A DNA stretch of 64,000 bases, taken from contig OY843751.1 in assembly GCA_963693055.1 (NCBI GenBank), forward strand, positions 3,456,001 to 3,520,000, given 5' to 3'. Under the pieces are notes generated by a model. It searched no databases. It was not told the origin of the DNA and was given only the letters and a program-made list of their open reading frames with translations. This DNA comes from a bacterium. GTDB lineage: Bacteria; Zhuqueibacterota; Zhuqueibacteria; Residuimicrobiales; Krinioviventaceae. The position numbers were made by a program, and so were the translations under genes. Each line of letters starts with the position of its first letter. The first letter of the stretch is position 1. Of the stretch, positions 28,109 through 37,997 are shown one piece after another.

Positions 28109-31054
28109 TTATTTATTTTCAACTGATAATTTAAAATCCTGAAACTCTACCCAATAGGGTACCTTGTCACAGGAACCGCCGGCAAGCCCAATATCGATGG
28201 TTTCTTTCAAACCGGGCAGATCATTGGTATTGCGTTCACGGGTCCATGTTTTGCCATCCAGACTGACATAACCGGTAAAACTGTTGCCATGACGAATTAG
28301 CTTCAACCATACCGGGTATTTCACATCTTCGGGAAGATTGGCACTGCTCGCCTTGTGCATACAACCATCACCAAACTCGTCATAATTAATACCGGCACGC
28401 CCCGGCGTGGTAAACATGAGTACAGATCCTTTACTTCCCGGTTCAGTATCAAAACTTTTTGATATATCATTACGCGCGAACAATCCGGTTCTAAACCATT
28501 CATGGGTACGGTTGCCAAAGCCATTCACCTTGACTGTTGCAACAAAGTTACCTTTAACACCTTTAATATAGGCAGAAGCATATGAATCTTCAGCATGATA
28601 AAAATCCGATCCACTTGCTTCTATTTTAACCTTGTTTCCCTTTTTGTCTATATCCACTTTATAGGGAAAAGCCGTGCCTGAGCAATAAACCTTGAAATCC
28701 GATTTTTTAATCTTTACTGGTTGATGAGCAAAAACAGAGAGTTTCTTTTGAGGGCTGTTGCCAATTTGAACAGTATAATCCCCGGCCTTGGGTTCAAGTT
28801 CAAACTGCACAGAAACCGAGCTGTTTGCCTTTATATCAATCTGTTTTTCCTGCGCAGATTTACCATTCATTAACAAAACAGCTTTAACAGACTGATTCGT
28901 CCCGGTTTGATTAAATGCAGTTGAAGAAACAGTAATGATCTCTCCTTCAGGTATCAAATCATGATCAAGTGTCAGTTCTTTATAAACAACCGGTACATAA
29001 TCTCCCTGAACGTTGACAGATTGATACGGAGTATCTCCAATAGCAACACGATGTTCACCCGGTTCAAACAGACGTAATCCAAATTCTATAGTGCGTGTAT
29101 TGTTTTGTATTACCGGTATGGATTGCGTTTCATATACTTTTCCATCCAGATAAAGCTGTACAGGCATGATTCCAGTGGCTCCGGAATTGTGTACCTCCGC
29201 AGTGATTGTCAAAAAAGTTCCGGTTTCAATCGTACCTGACAGTTTGCTACCATTGGCTTGAATTAAAAGACCCTCTATATTGAATTCAGGTTCGCCTTCA
29301 ATAATTCCCTGTGGAGTGATTTCAGGAGCATCAATTACAAAATTATTACGATAAATATTATCAACCAAATTGGCTGCACAGAGTTTCATTTCACCTTGCT
29401 GTAAATTATAGAAAATATTCTCTTCCGATATCCAACCGGATGACATGTTATCAAACCAGAAACCTACATTGTCATTAAAGTAACCGGCAATTACATCGTG
29501 CACCAAATTTCTGCGAACTATTGAATCATAGGTCAAGCCGGTGGTTTTGATAGCCCCCGAATCATCCGCGTCTTTCTGTACCTGGTATAAATGATTATAC
29601 TCTACACGATATCCGCATTCAATAGATTCTTCAAGATTTCGCCAACCACCAACGGCAATTGCGTAACGACCGCGAGTATAACTGAGTTCATTATGGGATA
29701 TAGTAGTAAACTGTGTATTATTGGCAACAATATTTACACCACCACAATTGGTAATCACATTACGGGAAATGGTCGTTTCCCGGATTATGTCCCGCCAATC
29801 CATGGGGTGTGGATTTCCAATCACATGAATTACACCATTATCAATCATTTCAAATGAATTGTCCAGAATCTTTGTCAGGTAACAACCATCACCCAGAAAA
29901 ACTCCGGTTCCGGCAATTGCACTCAAACGGGATCCTACAAGTTCGCAGGAATGAGCATATTCAATAGAGACCGCCTTGCCCTTTTCAAGAGTAGATTCAA
30001 AGGTCAGGCCATAAATGCGCAAATTGCGAACAGGCTTGTCCGGTGTTCCTTTTATCACAAACAGTTCTTGGAGTTCGGGGACGACAAGGTGTGTCTGGTT
30101 CGGATTTACGCCATTTTCCGGGATATAACTGAGCTCATCTTGCTCTTTATCATAAAACCATTCTCCCGGAGCATTCAACAGTTCTTTGACATTTTCAACA
30201 TAAAAACGGGGCGGTACAATTACAATACCCGGTTGAGGTTTTTCGAGGGTGGCTACACCCTTTTTTACATCAATGCTTTTAATGGAATTTAATCCGGCAT
30301 GCCAACGCAGCAAGAGTTTGATACGGTTACCTTCCAGACCTTCCCAATCATCAAGATCACCTTTGCGGAAATAAAGCTCAGTATCTGTTTTGGAAATAAC
30401 GGGGGGGGTAAAATATTCTTTATCCGGTGTGCGGGCCAGTATTTGTTTGCGTCCGTCTGCAACAAGCATGTTTACAGAACCGTCTACTTTGGCTGTCCAT
30501 TGATCGCCTTTTTTACTCCAACCGGAAACCGGTTTACCGCCGGAAATAACAGGTTTTTCACCGGGATACGCAGCCCAGGTCACATAATGGTCTTTGAGTT
30601 TGTGATATTCAAATGCCCCTGTAGGAAGGTTTGTCTCAACTCTCTCTCCACCATCAAGAGGGCCGAAAACAACAGGGGCATTTAAAGTGTAAAATCCTTC
30701 ACGGATCAATACGAGTATGTCTTTGCCTTTTCCCAATTCATGAGGTGAACCAATCCAGCGTTTCTCCACAGGTTCATCTTTGGGAAAATAGACTTGCTTT
30801 TTTAAATCTCTTACAGCCTGCTGTGCGCGATTAATCGTTGCAAATGGGCCATCTGTTTTATTTGCATTAGGTTCTGCAAGTGTGCCGGACCAGGTATCGT
30901 TACCATCCGGAGATACATAAAAGTCTGCTGAGGTTTCGGTGTTGGAATACTGCTGCCATTTTTCACCACGTAGCAATTTACCATCTGCCAATGTTATAGA
31001 TGATAAACAAAAGAAAAGAAAAATCCAAACAATTTTAATTTGATTCCGTGTCAT
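28109..31054 (-). CDS. Right-handed parallel beta-helix glycoside hydrolase (GH141-like) with CARDB/Ig and ConA-like C-terminal domains
   Basis: FYVSPDGND.WSG.L..P....DGPFATI.RAQ, YPGEKPVISGG, FYVEN..ELL.APGEWFYD, DSGAIK, GFWFDNMSSG, PVWLKLIRHGNSFTGYVS.DG..W. Confidence 0.75.
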   Translation of the reverse strand: MTRNQIKIVWIFLFFCLSSITLADGKLLRGEKWQQYSNTETSADFYVSPDGNDTWSGTLAEPNANKTDGPFATINRAQQAVRDLKKQVYFPKDEPVEKRWIGSPHELGKGKDILVLIREGFYTLNAPVVFGPLDGGERVETNLPTGAFEYHKLKDHYVTWAAYPGEKPVISGGKPVSGWSKKGDQWTAKVDGSVNMLVADGRKQILARTPDKEYFTPPVISKTDTELYFRKGDLDDWEGLEGNRIKLLLRWHAGLNSIKSIDVKKGVATLEKPQPGIVIVPPRFYVENVKELLNAPGEWFYDKEQDELSYIPENGVNPNQTHLVVPELQELFVIKGTPDKPVRNLRIYGLTFESTLEKGKAVSIEYAHSCELVGSRLSAIAGTGVFLGDGCYLTKILDNSFEMIDNGVIHVIGNPHPMDWRDIIRETTISRNVITNCGGVNIVANNTQFTTISHNELSYTRGRYAIAVGGWRNLEESIECGYRVEYNHLYQVQKDADDSGAIKTTGLTYDSIVRRNLVHDVIAGYFNDNVGFWFDNMSSGWISEENIFYNLQQGEMKLCAANLVDNIYRNNFVIDAPEITPQGIIEGEPEFNIEGLLIQANGSKLSGTIETGTFLTITAEVHNSGATGIMPVQLYLDGKVYETQSIPVIQNNTRTIEFGLRLFEPGEHRVAIGDTPYQSVNVQGDYVPVVYKELTLDHDLIPEGEIITVSSTAFNQTGTNQSVKAVLLMNGKSAQEKQIDIKANSSVSVQFELEPKAGDYTVQIGNSPQKKLSVFAHQPVKIKKSDFKVYCSGTAFPYKVDIDKKGNKVKIEASGSDFYHAEDSYASAYIKGVKGNFVATVKVNGFGNRTHEWFRTGLFARNDISKSFDTEPGSKGSVLMFTTPGRAGINYDEFGDGCMHKASSANLPEDVKYPVWLKLIRHGNSFTGYVSLDGKTWTRERNTNDLPGLKETIDIGLAGGSCDKVPYWVEFQDFKLSVENK

Positions 31055-31071
31055 TTTACACTCTCCAGATC

Positions 31072-32226
31072 TTAGTATTCATTTTTCACCCAACCTTCTG
31101 TGAACGTGACATGTTTAATTGTTTTTACATCATGGCTATACGTTGCATGTAACATTTCGTCCCGACTCTGAATCAATGCGGGGTAATCATAACGCCCTTT
31201 ATCCGATTTTTCAATTTGTTTTTTCCATTTCCAGGTACGCCCCTCATCATCAGACAGAGAGACCACCAGAGAATTTCTTTCTTCATCTGTATTGTCATTA
31301 TAGATCAACATTATATTGCCACTATTCAGGCGCAAAACCTGAATACCTGCTCCCGGATTCGGAAAATCAGTTTCTGTCACCGGTCCCCAGGTCAGGCCCA
31401 TATCTTTAGACTCGCTTTTACGAATACGGTCAATGCCCGAAGAATCCCGAAACCAGGCTACCAATGTTCCATCACGACGTTCCAATACGGTGGGTTGTTC
31501 AATCCCATATCCCAATGCAGGTTTTGAGAATTCCCAGGTATGTCCAGCATCCGAGGTCAATGCCATTGCTGCCAATCCAAATATTTCAGACGCCATGGGC
31601 AGCAATAACTTGCCATTAGACAACCTGACAGGGCTCGTACGGGTAGTCCACCCCAGTCGACGGGCAAGCTGGCTTTCTAATTTAGGTTGGGCTTTTTTAC
31701 GCATTTTTTGAAATTGTTGATTACTCTTGTTCTGTTCACACAACAGTTCAATGGTTTCATCTAAAGCATTAGGTATTATCGGCAAATCTTTTTGAACATA
31801 CCAGGTTATGGGGATACTAAGATAATCCGATGAAATTTTATACCGCAAAAAAGCAGTATCCCAGGGTTCCTCAGGTGCGCCCAAAAGTGTATAATAAAAT
31901 AACCACAAGCGTTCCTGCTCATCTATATACAAACATGGATTATTATCAGATAGCATCGGGGTATCGGCTAAAAGAAATGTTTCTGACCAATCAATTTCTC
32001 CTTTTGAGAGCCTTGCTGCCTGAATATGTACATCCCTGCTTTTATCAGAAACACCTTCATACCAGCATGCCAGTAACGAACCGTCAGGGCACTCTACTAT
32101 TGAAGACGCATGGGTATGCCCATGCAGTTTTTCATCCGGTTGGAAAATAAATTCTCCCTGTATACCGGATTGAGAAAACAACATAGCAGGTAATAGTACA
32201 ATATAAAGTAATAAAAAGTTTTTCAT
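31072..32226 (-). CDS. BNR_2 / sialidase-fold (GH33-like) protein
   Basis: Start likely ATG 32226 (GGAGG RBS); HASSIVECPDG.LLACW, Asp boxes SDAGHTW, SKDMGLTW, SDDEGRTW; YDYP. Confidence 0.85.
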   Translation of the reverse strand: MKNFLLLYIVLLPAMLFSQSGIQGEFIFQPDEKLHGHTHASSIVECPDGSLLACWYEGVSDKSRDVHIQAARLSKGEIDWSETFLLADTPMLSDNNPCLYIDEQERLWLFYYTLLGAPEEPWDTAFLRYKISSDYLSIPITWYVQKDLPIIPNALDETIELLCEQNKSNQQFQKMRKKAQPKLESQLARRLGWTTRTSPVRLSNGKLLLPMASEIFGLAAMALTSDAGHTWEFSKPALGYGIEQPTVLERRDGTLVAWFRDSSGIDRIRKSESKDMGLTWGPVTETDFPNPGAGIQVLRLNSGNIMLIYNDNTDEERNSLVVSLSDDEGRTWKWKKQIEKSDKGRYDYPALIQSRDEMLHATYSHDVKTIKHVTFTEGWVKNEY

Positions 32227-32227
32227 A

Positions 32228-34654
32228 TTACCTCCGATTTTTCGGATCCCATGGGGGTACAAGACCTAACGCGTCCGGAGTTTTGGATATATAATACAGT
32301 TCAAATTTCCACCAACTGTATCCATGTTCCGGAAAATCTGATAAATATAATGTAACCGTATAATCATTATCTTTTGAAGGCTGTTCAAGAATAAACGGAT
32401 GAAATGAACGGGATTGAATGTCTACGGGTATGACAGTATATTCCTCAAGTGGAAGTTTATCGAAAAAATCAGATTTCATTTCCTGTATCTGGTCATAACG
32501 CAAATGCTCAACAATGAGTGAATCAAGCCTGATATGCAACAGATCACGACCATCTACCCTACCCTGCCAATACAATAATTTGACTGCATCAGCTTGATTT
32601 TCTTCAAGAATTGCAGCGTATTTTGCCTGCTGATCATCAATAATCTCATCAATTTCCGTATCATTGGGTGCATGCTTTAATACAGCTATTGCAGCTTGCG
32701 GATCTTTGAGCATTTCTTTTGCATTAACCAGTAATTGTTCAGGACCATCCAGACGGTAGATGCAATTTGGCGTATTCTTGAACGAGTGGATTGCGGTTTT
32801 CAACTGCATTGCAGACAATTCCAAAGCCAATCGGTTCTTTTCTTCTTGTTGATCCCGATAATTAAAATAAGCAAACAAAGTTTTAACATACAAATTATTG
32901 CATTCTATCAAACCATATGTCAAATCAACAGAATTCTTGATATCATCAAGTGTATCCGGCAACTGCGATGCGATAATCTTCATTTTTTTGCCGAGGTCTA
33001 AGCCATAGTCCAGATACAATAGCGTCTCGGTTTGCCATGGATTACAGCGGTAATAGATCTTTTCCAGAAATTCCATGTGTTTTCTGCCGCCGTCTAATTT
33101 TGGCAAACCCTTTGCCGGGAATGTGGTTAATCGTAATTGCAATAAAGAGTTGAATTGCCAATGCGAAACCGGTTCAATATAGAGTCCATACTTGTATGCA
33201 TTGGGAGACATGAGCAGCAAATCAGCCAGGTGATCTGCATACTCGGTTGAAGCATATAGTTTGCTAAAATCCTGGGCAATTTGACGGATATCTTGATTCA
33301 TGTTCCAGGATAACCGGTAGACGGTATATGCCGTTAAAGACCAGGTATTCCATTTCATCTGTGGTTGCAAGCCAAAGTCTGTTCCCACACAATTAGAGGT
33401 CTCTCCACTAAAGATGGTCCGCAATCCATTTTGATAATACGCCGCAGGATAGGTTGGAAATATAAAAGCATTATTGTGACCATGATAATCGAGTGGAGAC
33501 AATAATACAATCATATTGTGTGGAGTTTGATTAAAAGTGGGATTATAGGGCTGATGAAAATACCGGTCTGTTGTACTTAGATAGGGTGATAAATACAGGT
33601 CCCTGACCGGAACATCATCTGTAAATATACCTTTATACACCTCTGCCATGGAATGTTGTTCATGGGCACTGGTAACCCAGGTGCGTTGATAATAGATCTT
33701 GCCAAACTCGCCAACAACAACATTATAGATCTTTTTCACAAAGGTACGATAGCGTTTTTCCAGGCTCCAATCGCTTAAAGTCTTGTCGTGCATAACATCA
33801 AATGCCCTGAAATTACCACCAACTCGTGTTGCTTCACCTGTACGCAATCGGATGCCATCTATTTCCGGTAATGCCTGCAAGAGACGTCTATACTTTGCCT
33901 GTACCGCATCCCAAAACACAGGGTCTTCAGGATTTAAAGTGGCCCCAAACTCGTCTAACAAGGTTGGATGATAGGAAAATTCATCTTCATAAACAAAATA
34001 TTTCAGGTGCAATGAATGGGCATATTCGGCAAGCGCTTTTACTTTTAAACGATTTTTTTCATTTTCGGTTCTCTCGGGCTCTGCATCCCAGGGGACCAGA
34101 TGATTGGAAGAATAACTGCCACATACCCATGTAGCGCCATAACGCAAAGCAATATGCATATCTTCCTTGCTTGCCCCACGGGTAAACCGGATTTTCAAAT
34201 CGGGTATACGTAATTCGTTCAACTCGGGCATACTTTTTTGTATTTTGAGTTGATCCCAAATGCGATACAAGGCATAAACTTCTGCGGGGATGCTGGCACC
34301 TGCTGTAACCACTACAGTTTTACCATCCAGGAACAGCGTTTTTATTTCGTATCCCTGTTCATCAGAGATGGATTCAAGCTCCAGCTCTTGCTTTTCGATC
34401 AGTTTTGCAACAAGATCATTCCGCTCCGGCGATCCCACCAGCAGCGTATGATCTGCAAGTTTCATTTTATAACTAGTTGACAGTTCAATACCAACATCCT
34501 CACATGCGGATTGTAAATCCTGCATTGCTAGCTGAACGGCGGCATCCTGGGCAAGCTCCTTATTAATAACTATACGCCAATTGTTTTGACCGGCAAATAC
34601 AAATCCCGTCATCAGGATAATTAATACAATTCCTGCTCTCATTTTCCCAACCAT
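32228..34654 (-). CDS. Secreted putative glycoside hydrolase with GH20/GH67-N-like domain
   Basis: Signal peptide; LLVGSPERN, QGYEIK, EVYALY, LPEIDGIRLRTGE; family not pinned down. Confidence 0.6.
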   Translation of the reverse strand: MVGKMRAGIVLIILMTGFVFAGQNNWRIVINKELAQDAAVQLAMQDLQSACEDVGIELSTSYKMKLADHTLLVGSPERNDLVAKLIEKQELELESISDEQGYEIKTLFLDGKTVVVTAGASIPAEVYALYRIWDQLKIQKSMPELNELRIPDLKIRFTRGASKEDMHIALRYGATWVCGSYSSNHLVPWDAEPERTENEKNRLKVKALAEYAHSLHLKYFVYEDEFSYHPTLLDEFGATLNPEDPVFWDAVQAKYRRLLQALPEIDGIRLRTGEATRVGGNFRAFDVMHDKTLSDWSLEKRYRTFVKKIYNVVVGEFGKIYYQRTWVTSAHEQHSMAEVYKGIFTDDVPVRDLYLSPYLSTTDRYFHQPYNPTFNQTPHNMIVLLSPLDYHGHNNAFIFPTYPAAYYQNGLRTIFSGETSNCVGTDFGLQPQMKWNTWSLTAYTVYRLSWNMNQDIRQIAQDFSKLYASTEYADHLADLLLMSPNAYKYGLYIEPVSHWQFNSLLQLRLTTFPAKGLPKLDGGRKHMEFLEKIYYRCNPWQTETLLYLDYGLDLGKKMKIIASQLPDTLDDIKNSVDLTYGLIECNNLYVKTLFAYFNYRDQQEEKNRLALELSAMQLKTAIHSFKNTPNCIYRLDGPEQLLVNAKEMLKDPQAAIAVLKHAPNDTEIDEIIDDQQAKYAAILEENQADAVKLLYWQGRVDGRDLLHIRLDSLIVEHLRYDQIQEMKSDFFDKLPLEEYTVIPVDIQSRSFHPFILEQPSKDNDYTVTLYLSDFPEHGYSWWKFELYYISKTPDALGLVPPWDPKNRR

Positions 34655-34666
34655 TTAATACCCCGA

Positions 34667-35833
34667 TTATTTTTCCATAATCCAATCCGGTTCTACCGAT
34701 AGATATTTAATAGCTCTACCCGCTTTAACTTTATATGAATATGTCATGTGCAGCTTTCCATCTTTACCCTGAATAATTGAAGGATATGAAAACTCGGCTT
34801 TTCCATCAGCCTGGTATTCAATATGACGCTTCCATTTCCAGGTTGCACCTTCATCGTCAGACATGGCAAGCGCCAGAGAATGACGCCCATGCTCCACATC
34901 GTTAAACAAATTTACCCAGCGTCCGTCTTTTAGTGAAATCACTTCGAGACTTGAACCTGAATTGGGTATATCCGTATCAACAGCAGGTGACCAGGTTTCA
35001 CCATCATCTTTTGAAGTACTAATCAATACTCGATTCGGACCATCTCCGGCATCGCGTGAATATGCGACTATAGTGCCATCTTTTTTTCGTACCAATGTTG
35101 GTTGTTCTGGCGCGTACCCTACCAAAGGTAAACTTGCACGCCAGGTTTTCCCCATATCATCGCTAATTGCCATTAATCCAACAATAAATCCATCCGAGTA
35201 TAAAGGAAGCAAAATTCGTCCTGAAGGTAACACCAATGGATGGATTCGTGTCATCCATCCGGTTTGACGCTTGGGAGCATCCTGGGCAGCTTTTAATATG
35301 AGTTCCGAATAGGGAAGCGCATATTCGGCCCACATGCCTTCATCGCGATCAAGATATTTAAAAGCAGATTCAATTTCTTTTGCAAATGCATCACCTGGCT
35401 GCAGCAGAATAACATCCTGCCATTCCCAGTTGGGTGCGCCCTCTTTCATATAATCCGTTGTGTATCTGTATTTAAGGACAGAGTATTGCCATCCTTCTGC
35501 CTGAACAGCAATCCAAAACAGCCACAGTTTTTCATCTTTATCAATAAATAAAACAGGATTACAATCGGGCAGGTTGGGTGTATCTGCCATCAGGAACATG
35601 TCGCTCCACTCGGTTTCTCCCTTTTTCAAGCGGGCACCATTTACTACAACATCATTCGCTGTACGCTCACCGGAGCCATGAAACCAGCACGCCAACAGAT
35701 CGCCATTCGGACATTCAACAATACTGCTGCCATGGGTATGCTTGTCCTGTAGATCAAAGATCAGCTTTTCAACCGGTGCTTTTGCTAAAGACACCGTTGT
35801 GATCATAAATATCAGCAGTACAATTTTCTTCAT
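34667..35833 (-). CDS. BNR_2 / sialidase-fold (GH33-like) protein
   Basis: HGSSIVECPNGDLLACWF, DTPNLPDCNP, Asp boxes SDDMGKTW, SKDDGETW, SDDEGATW; FSYPS. Confidence 0.88.
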   Translation of the reverse strand: MKKIVLLIFMITTVSLAKAPVEKLIFDLQDKHTHGSSIVECPNGDLLACWFHGSGERTANDVVVNGARLKKGETEWSDMFLMADTPNLPDCNPVLFIDKDEKLWLFWIAVQAEGWQYSVLKYRYTTDYMKEGAPNWEWQDVILLQPGDAFAKEIESAFKYLDRDEGMWAEYALPYSELILKAAQDAPKRQTGWMTRIHPLVLPSGRILLPLYSDGFIVGLMAISDDMGKTWRASLPLVGYAPEQPTLVRKKDGTIVAYSRDAGDGPNRVLISTSKDDGETWSPAVDTDIPNSGSSLEVISLKDGRWVNLFNDVEHGRHSLALAMSDDEGATWKWKRHIEYQADGKAEFSYPSIIQGKDGKLHMTYSYKVKAGRAIKYLSVEPDWIMEK

Positions 35834-35859
35834 GGTACAACCTCCGAATTTTTATGTAA

Positions 35860-37779
35860 TTAGGGTTTTGCTATTTTCAATTCCTTTTCAGGTTCAACAA
35901 GCCTTGCATAAAAACCCCAACTTGCTCCCTGATTTTCAACTTTGGCAAGTAAAATATTTTTACCTTTTTTTAATTGTATATCCAGAAAATCCTGATCTGC
36001 TATGGCATTTCTTCCCCCGGTAAATGTATAAATAACCTCATCATTCAACCAGACTTTGGCACCATCATTACTTCCCAGGGTCAATGTTACGGTTCTATCA
36101 TCCGGACTGATAATAACAGCACAAGCATATACCATCCCAATCATTGCTGACCCTGCATAACGGCTGTCAGAATTATAGACTGAAATAAAATTCAGGTAAC
36201 CATTTTCAGCGGTCGTTATCGGCTTCCAGCTTACATTTCCCCCCAAACCTTTATAGGTATTCTCGAATACCAGTTCTTTTTCCGGAGGATATACCTGATC
36301 AAGACCCGTTCCCGTTTCAAAAGGACCCACAACCTGCCAGTCGCGAATAAATCCATCTGTGGTATTGTGAAGTTCCCACCAATCCTTCAAACGACCGGGT
36401 TTGTCAAAGGCAGAACTGTTTTCAATACTGCGCGATTTACCCTGCAAATGAAAAACCTCCAGCGCATTCTCTCGTAATATTCGGCTGGCAATATCTATTG
36501 CCTCCTGCTCCAATAGATATCCGGATTCAACTTTTTCTACAAGTACATCTGCAACAATCTTTCTTGCCATAACCGAATGCGCGTACACACATTCAACCAC
36601 ACTGAAATCGCCTCCAAAAGCAAGGATCTTGTTAGAGGGAACGGTTTCGATCCATTCGTGCAAATAACGTTTTGCATAGGATGGAGATATTATATGCGTC
36701 CAGCACATATCTATATATACATTGGGAAAATTCTTGGCAAGTGTAGACAATTCACCGCCATAGGGATAACTGCCATGAAAAATGCAAAAATCCACATTGG
36801 GATATTCCATAAACAAATTCGCAAGATGAGTAGGATTCGAATTGGTGATTATATTCCCATTGCCCGCCTGCAGGCCTGTATGAACCTGGAAAGGCAAACC
36901 AAATTCGTCAGTAAGATCCAGTATACGATGCATAATATAATCCTGAAAGGATTGGATCTCTTGAGGAGATGCAGAAACATTACTATCCATCAGCTTGGCG
37001 AATATCATTTCAGCGGCATCATCGGGTACATTTTCATATTTTAGTATACGATTATAAGCCATTCCGGATTTTACCGCTACAATTCCATATCCCTCTGCTT
37101 GCAGGAAAGCATTTCGCAATGCCGTTTTTACATCTGTTAATTGATGAATTTGAACACCATATCTATTCCCTATCTTTTCAAAATCAGCAGGTGAGGTCAA
37201 CCAGAAAAATTCACCAAAGCGTTCCGCATGGCGGTAAAATTCCTTGTCCAGCTTTCTATGCCCCTGGTCCTGAATAGACAGCTCAATATTAGCCATGTCT
37301 TTTAAAATGTGTCGATACAAGCCGGGTTTTGTGGCTTCTCTAATTTTTTGAGACAATTCTTCAATGGTGTTTTCATTGATATCATCGATTTGGTAAATAT
37401 CACGTGCGGCGATCATGGGGAATCTGCCATATGCGGTTGAGCGCATGGCATTATAGTATGGCTCAAACAATTGCCAACGATCTTTGAGCGGGAAACCCTG
37501 TCCAAAAATGATTTCAATGATGCCTTTATCATTGGATGCCGAGATGAGATCTTCTTTGGCATAATGACTAAACAGGTAGGTGAAATCGAGTCGGTCTGCC
37601 ATTGCCAGGCGTTCTTCCTCGGTAATCAGGTGCTCATGCGTATCGATAATACGGATATCATTAACAAACTGACGGATTCTTTGCTCGAATCCCGGTTCAG
37701 GGGGAGCAACAAGTTGAATTTGGGTGAAACCAGTTACTGCGAAAAAAACAACAAACAGAAAACAACCTTTGAATTTCAT
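35860..37779 (-). CDS. Secreted amidohydrolase-superfamily protein (uronate-isomerase/Amidohydro_2-like) + C-terminal PA14-like module
   Basis: Start likely ATG 37779 (GGAGG RBS); IIDTHEH, QVHTG, IFHGSYP, NVYIDMCW, FGGD; C-terminal WQVVGPF..LGSNDGAKVWLN..LKKGKN. Confidence 0.8.
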   Translation of the reverse strand: MKFKGCFLFVVFFAVTGFTQIQLVAPPEPGFEQRIRQFVNDIRIIDTHEHLITEEERLAMADRLDFTYLFSHYAKEDLISASNDKGIIEIIFGQGFPLKDRWQLFEPYYNAMRSTAYGRFPMIAARDIYQIDDINENTIEELSQKIREATKPGLYRHILKDMANIELSIQDQGHRKLDKEFYRHAERFGEFFWLTSPADFEKIGNRYGVQIHQLTDVKTALRNAFLQAEGYGIVAVKSGMAYNRILKYENVPDDAAEMIFAKLMDSNVSASPQEIQSFQDYIMHRILDLTDEFGLPFQVHTGLQAGNGNIITNSNPTHLANLFMEYPNVDFCIFHGSYPYGGELSTLAKNFPNVYIDMCWTHIISPSYAKRYLHEWIETVPSNKILAFGGDFSVVECVYAHSVMARKIVADVLVEKVESGYLLEQEAIDIASRILRENALEVFHLQGKSRSIENSSAFDKPGRLKDWWELHNTTDGFIRDWQVVGPFETGTGLDQVYPPEKELVFENTYKGLGGNVSWKPITTAENGYLNFISVYNSDSRYAGSAMIGMVYACAVIISPDDRTVTLTLGSNDGAKVWLNDEVIYTFTGGRNAIADQDFLDIQLKKGKNILLAKVENQGASWGFYARLVEPEKELKIAKP

Positions 37780-37815
37780 CCCTGCCTCCAAGTATGAAAT
37801 TTACCCAACCAATCC

Positions 37816-37839
37816 AGTTAGGCAATCGTTTGCCTAACT
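37816..37839. promoter_or_regulatory. LacI/GalR-type operator palindrome at the head of the glycan cluster
   Basis: AGTTAGGCAA-TCGT-TTGCCTAACT, perfect 10-bp arms, central CG in GCAAnCGnTTGC, 36 bp upstream of ATG 37779. Confidence 0.65.
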
Positions 37840-37843
37840 TTAG

Positions 37844-37877
37844 AAAAAATTTCCCAATAGGGTTTATCTATTGGGAA
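37844..37877 (-). terminator. Hairpin with U-tract (terminator of the CNNM gene or leader attenuator)
   Basis: TTCCCAATAG-N7-CTATTGGGAA, followed on the minus strand by ATTTTTTC. Confidence 0.55.
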
Positions 37878-37907
37878 TATATTTTTACAACAATTAATAA
37901 CTAGTTC

Positions 37908-37935
37908 AATATAAGAATAAAGAATTAAAATGCAA
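37908..37935 (-). promoter_or_regulatory. Possible sigma70-type promoter of the glycan cluster
   Basis: Minus strand TTGCAT-N16-TATATT. Confidence 0.35.
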
Positions 37936-37997
37936 GAATAAATATTGAAGGAACATGTAAGACAAGGGGTTTTGCAATATGTAATTTTTTTTCAGCA

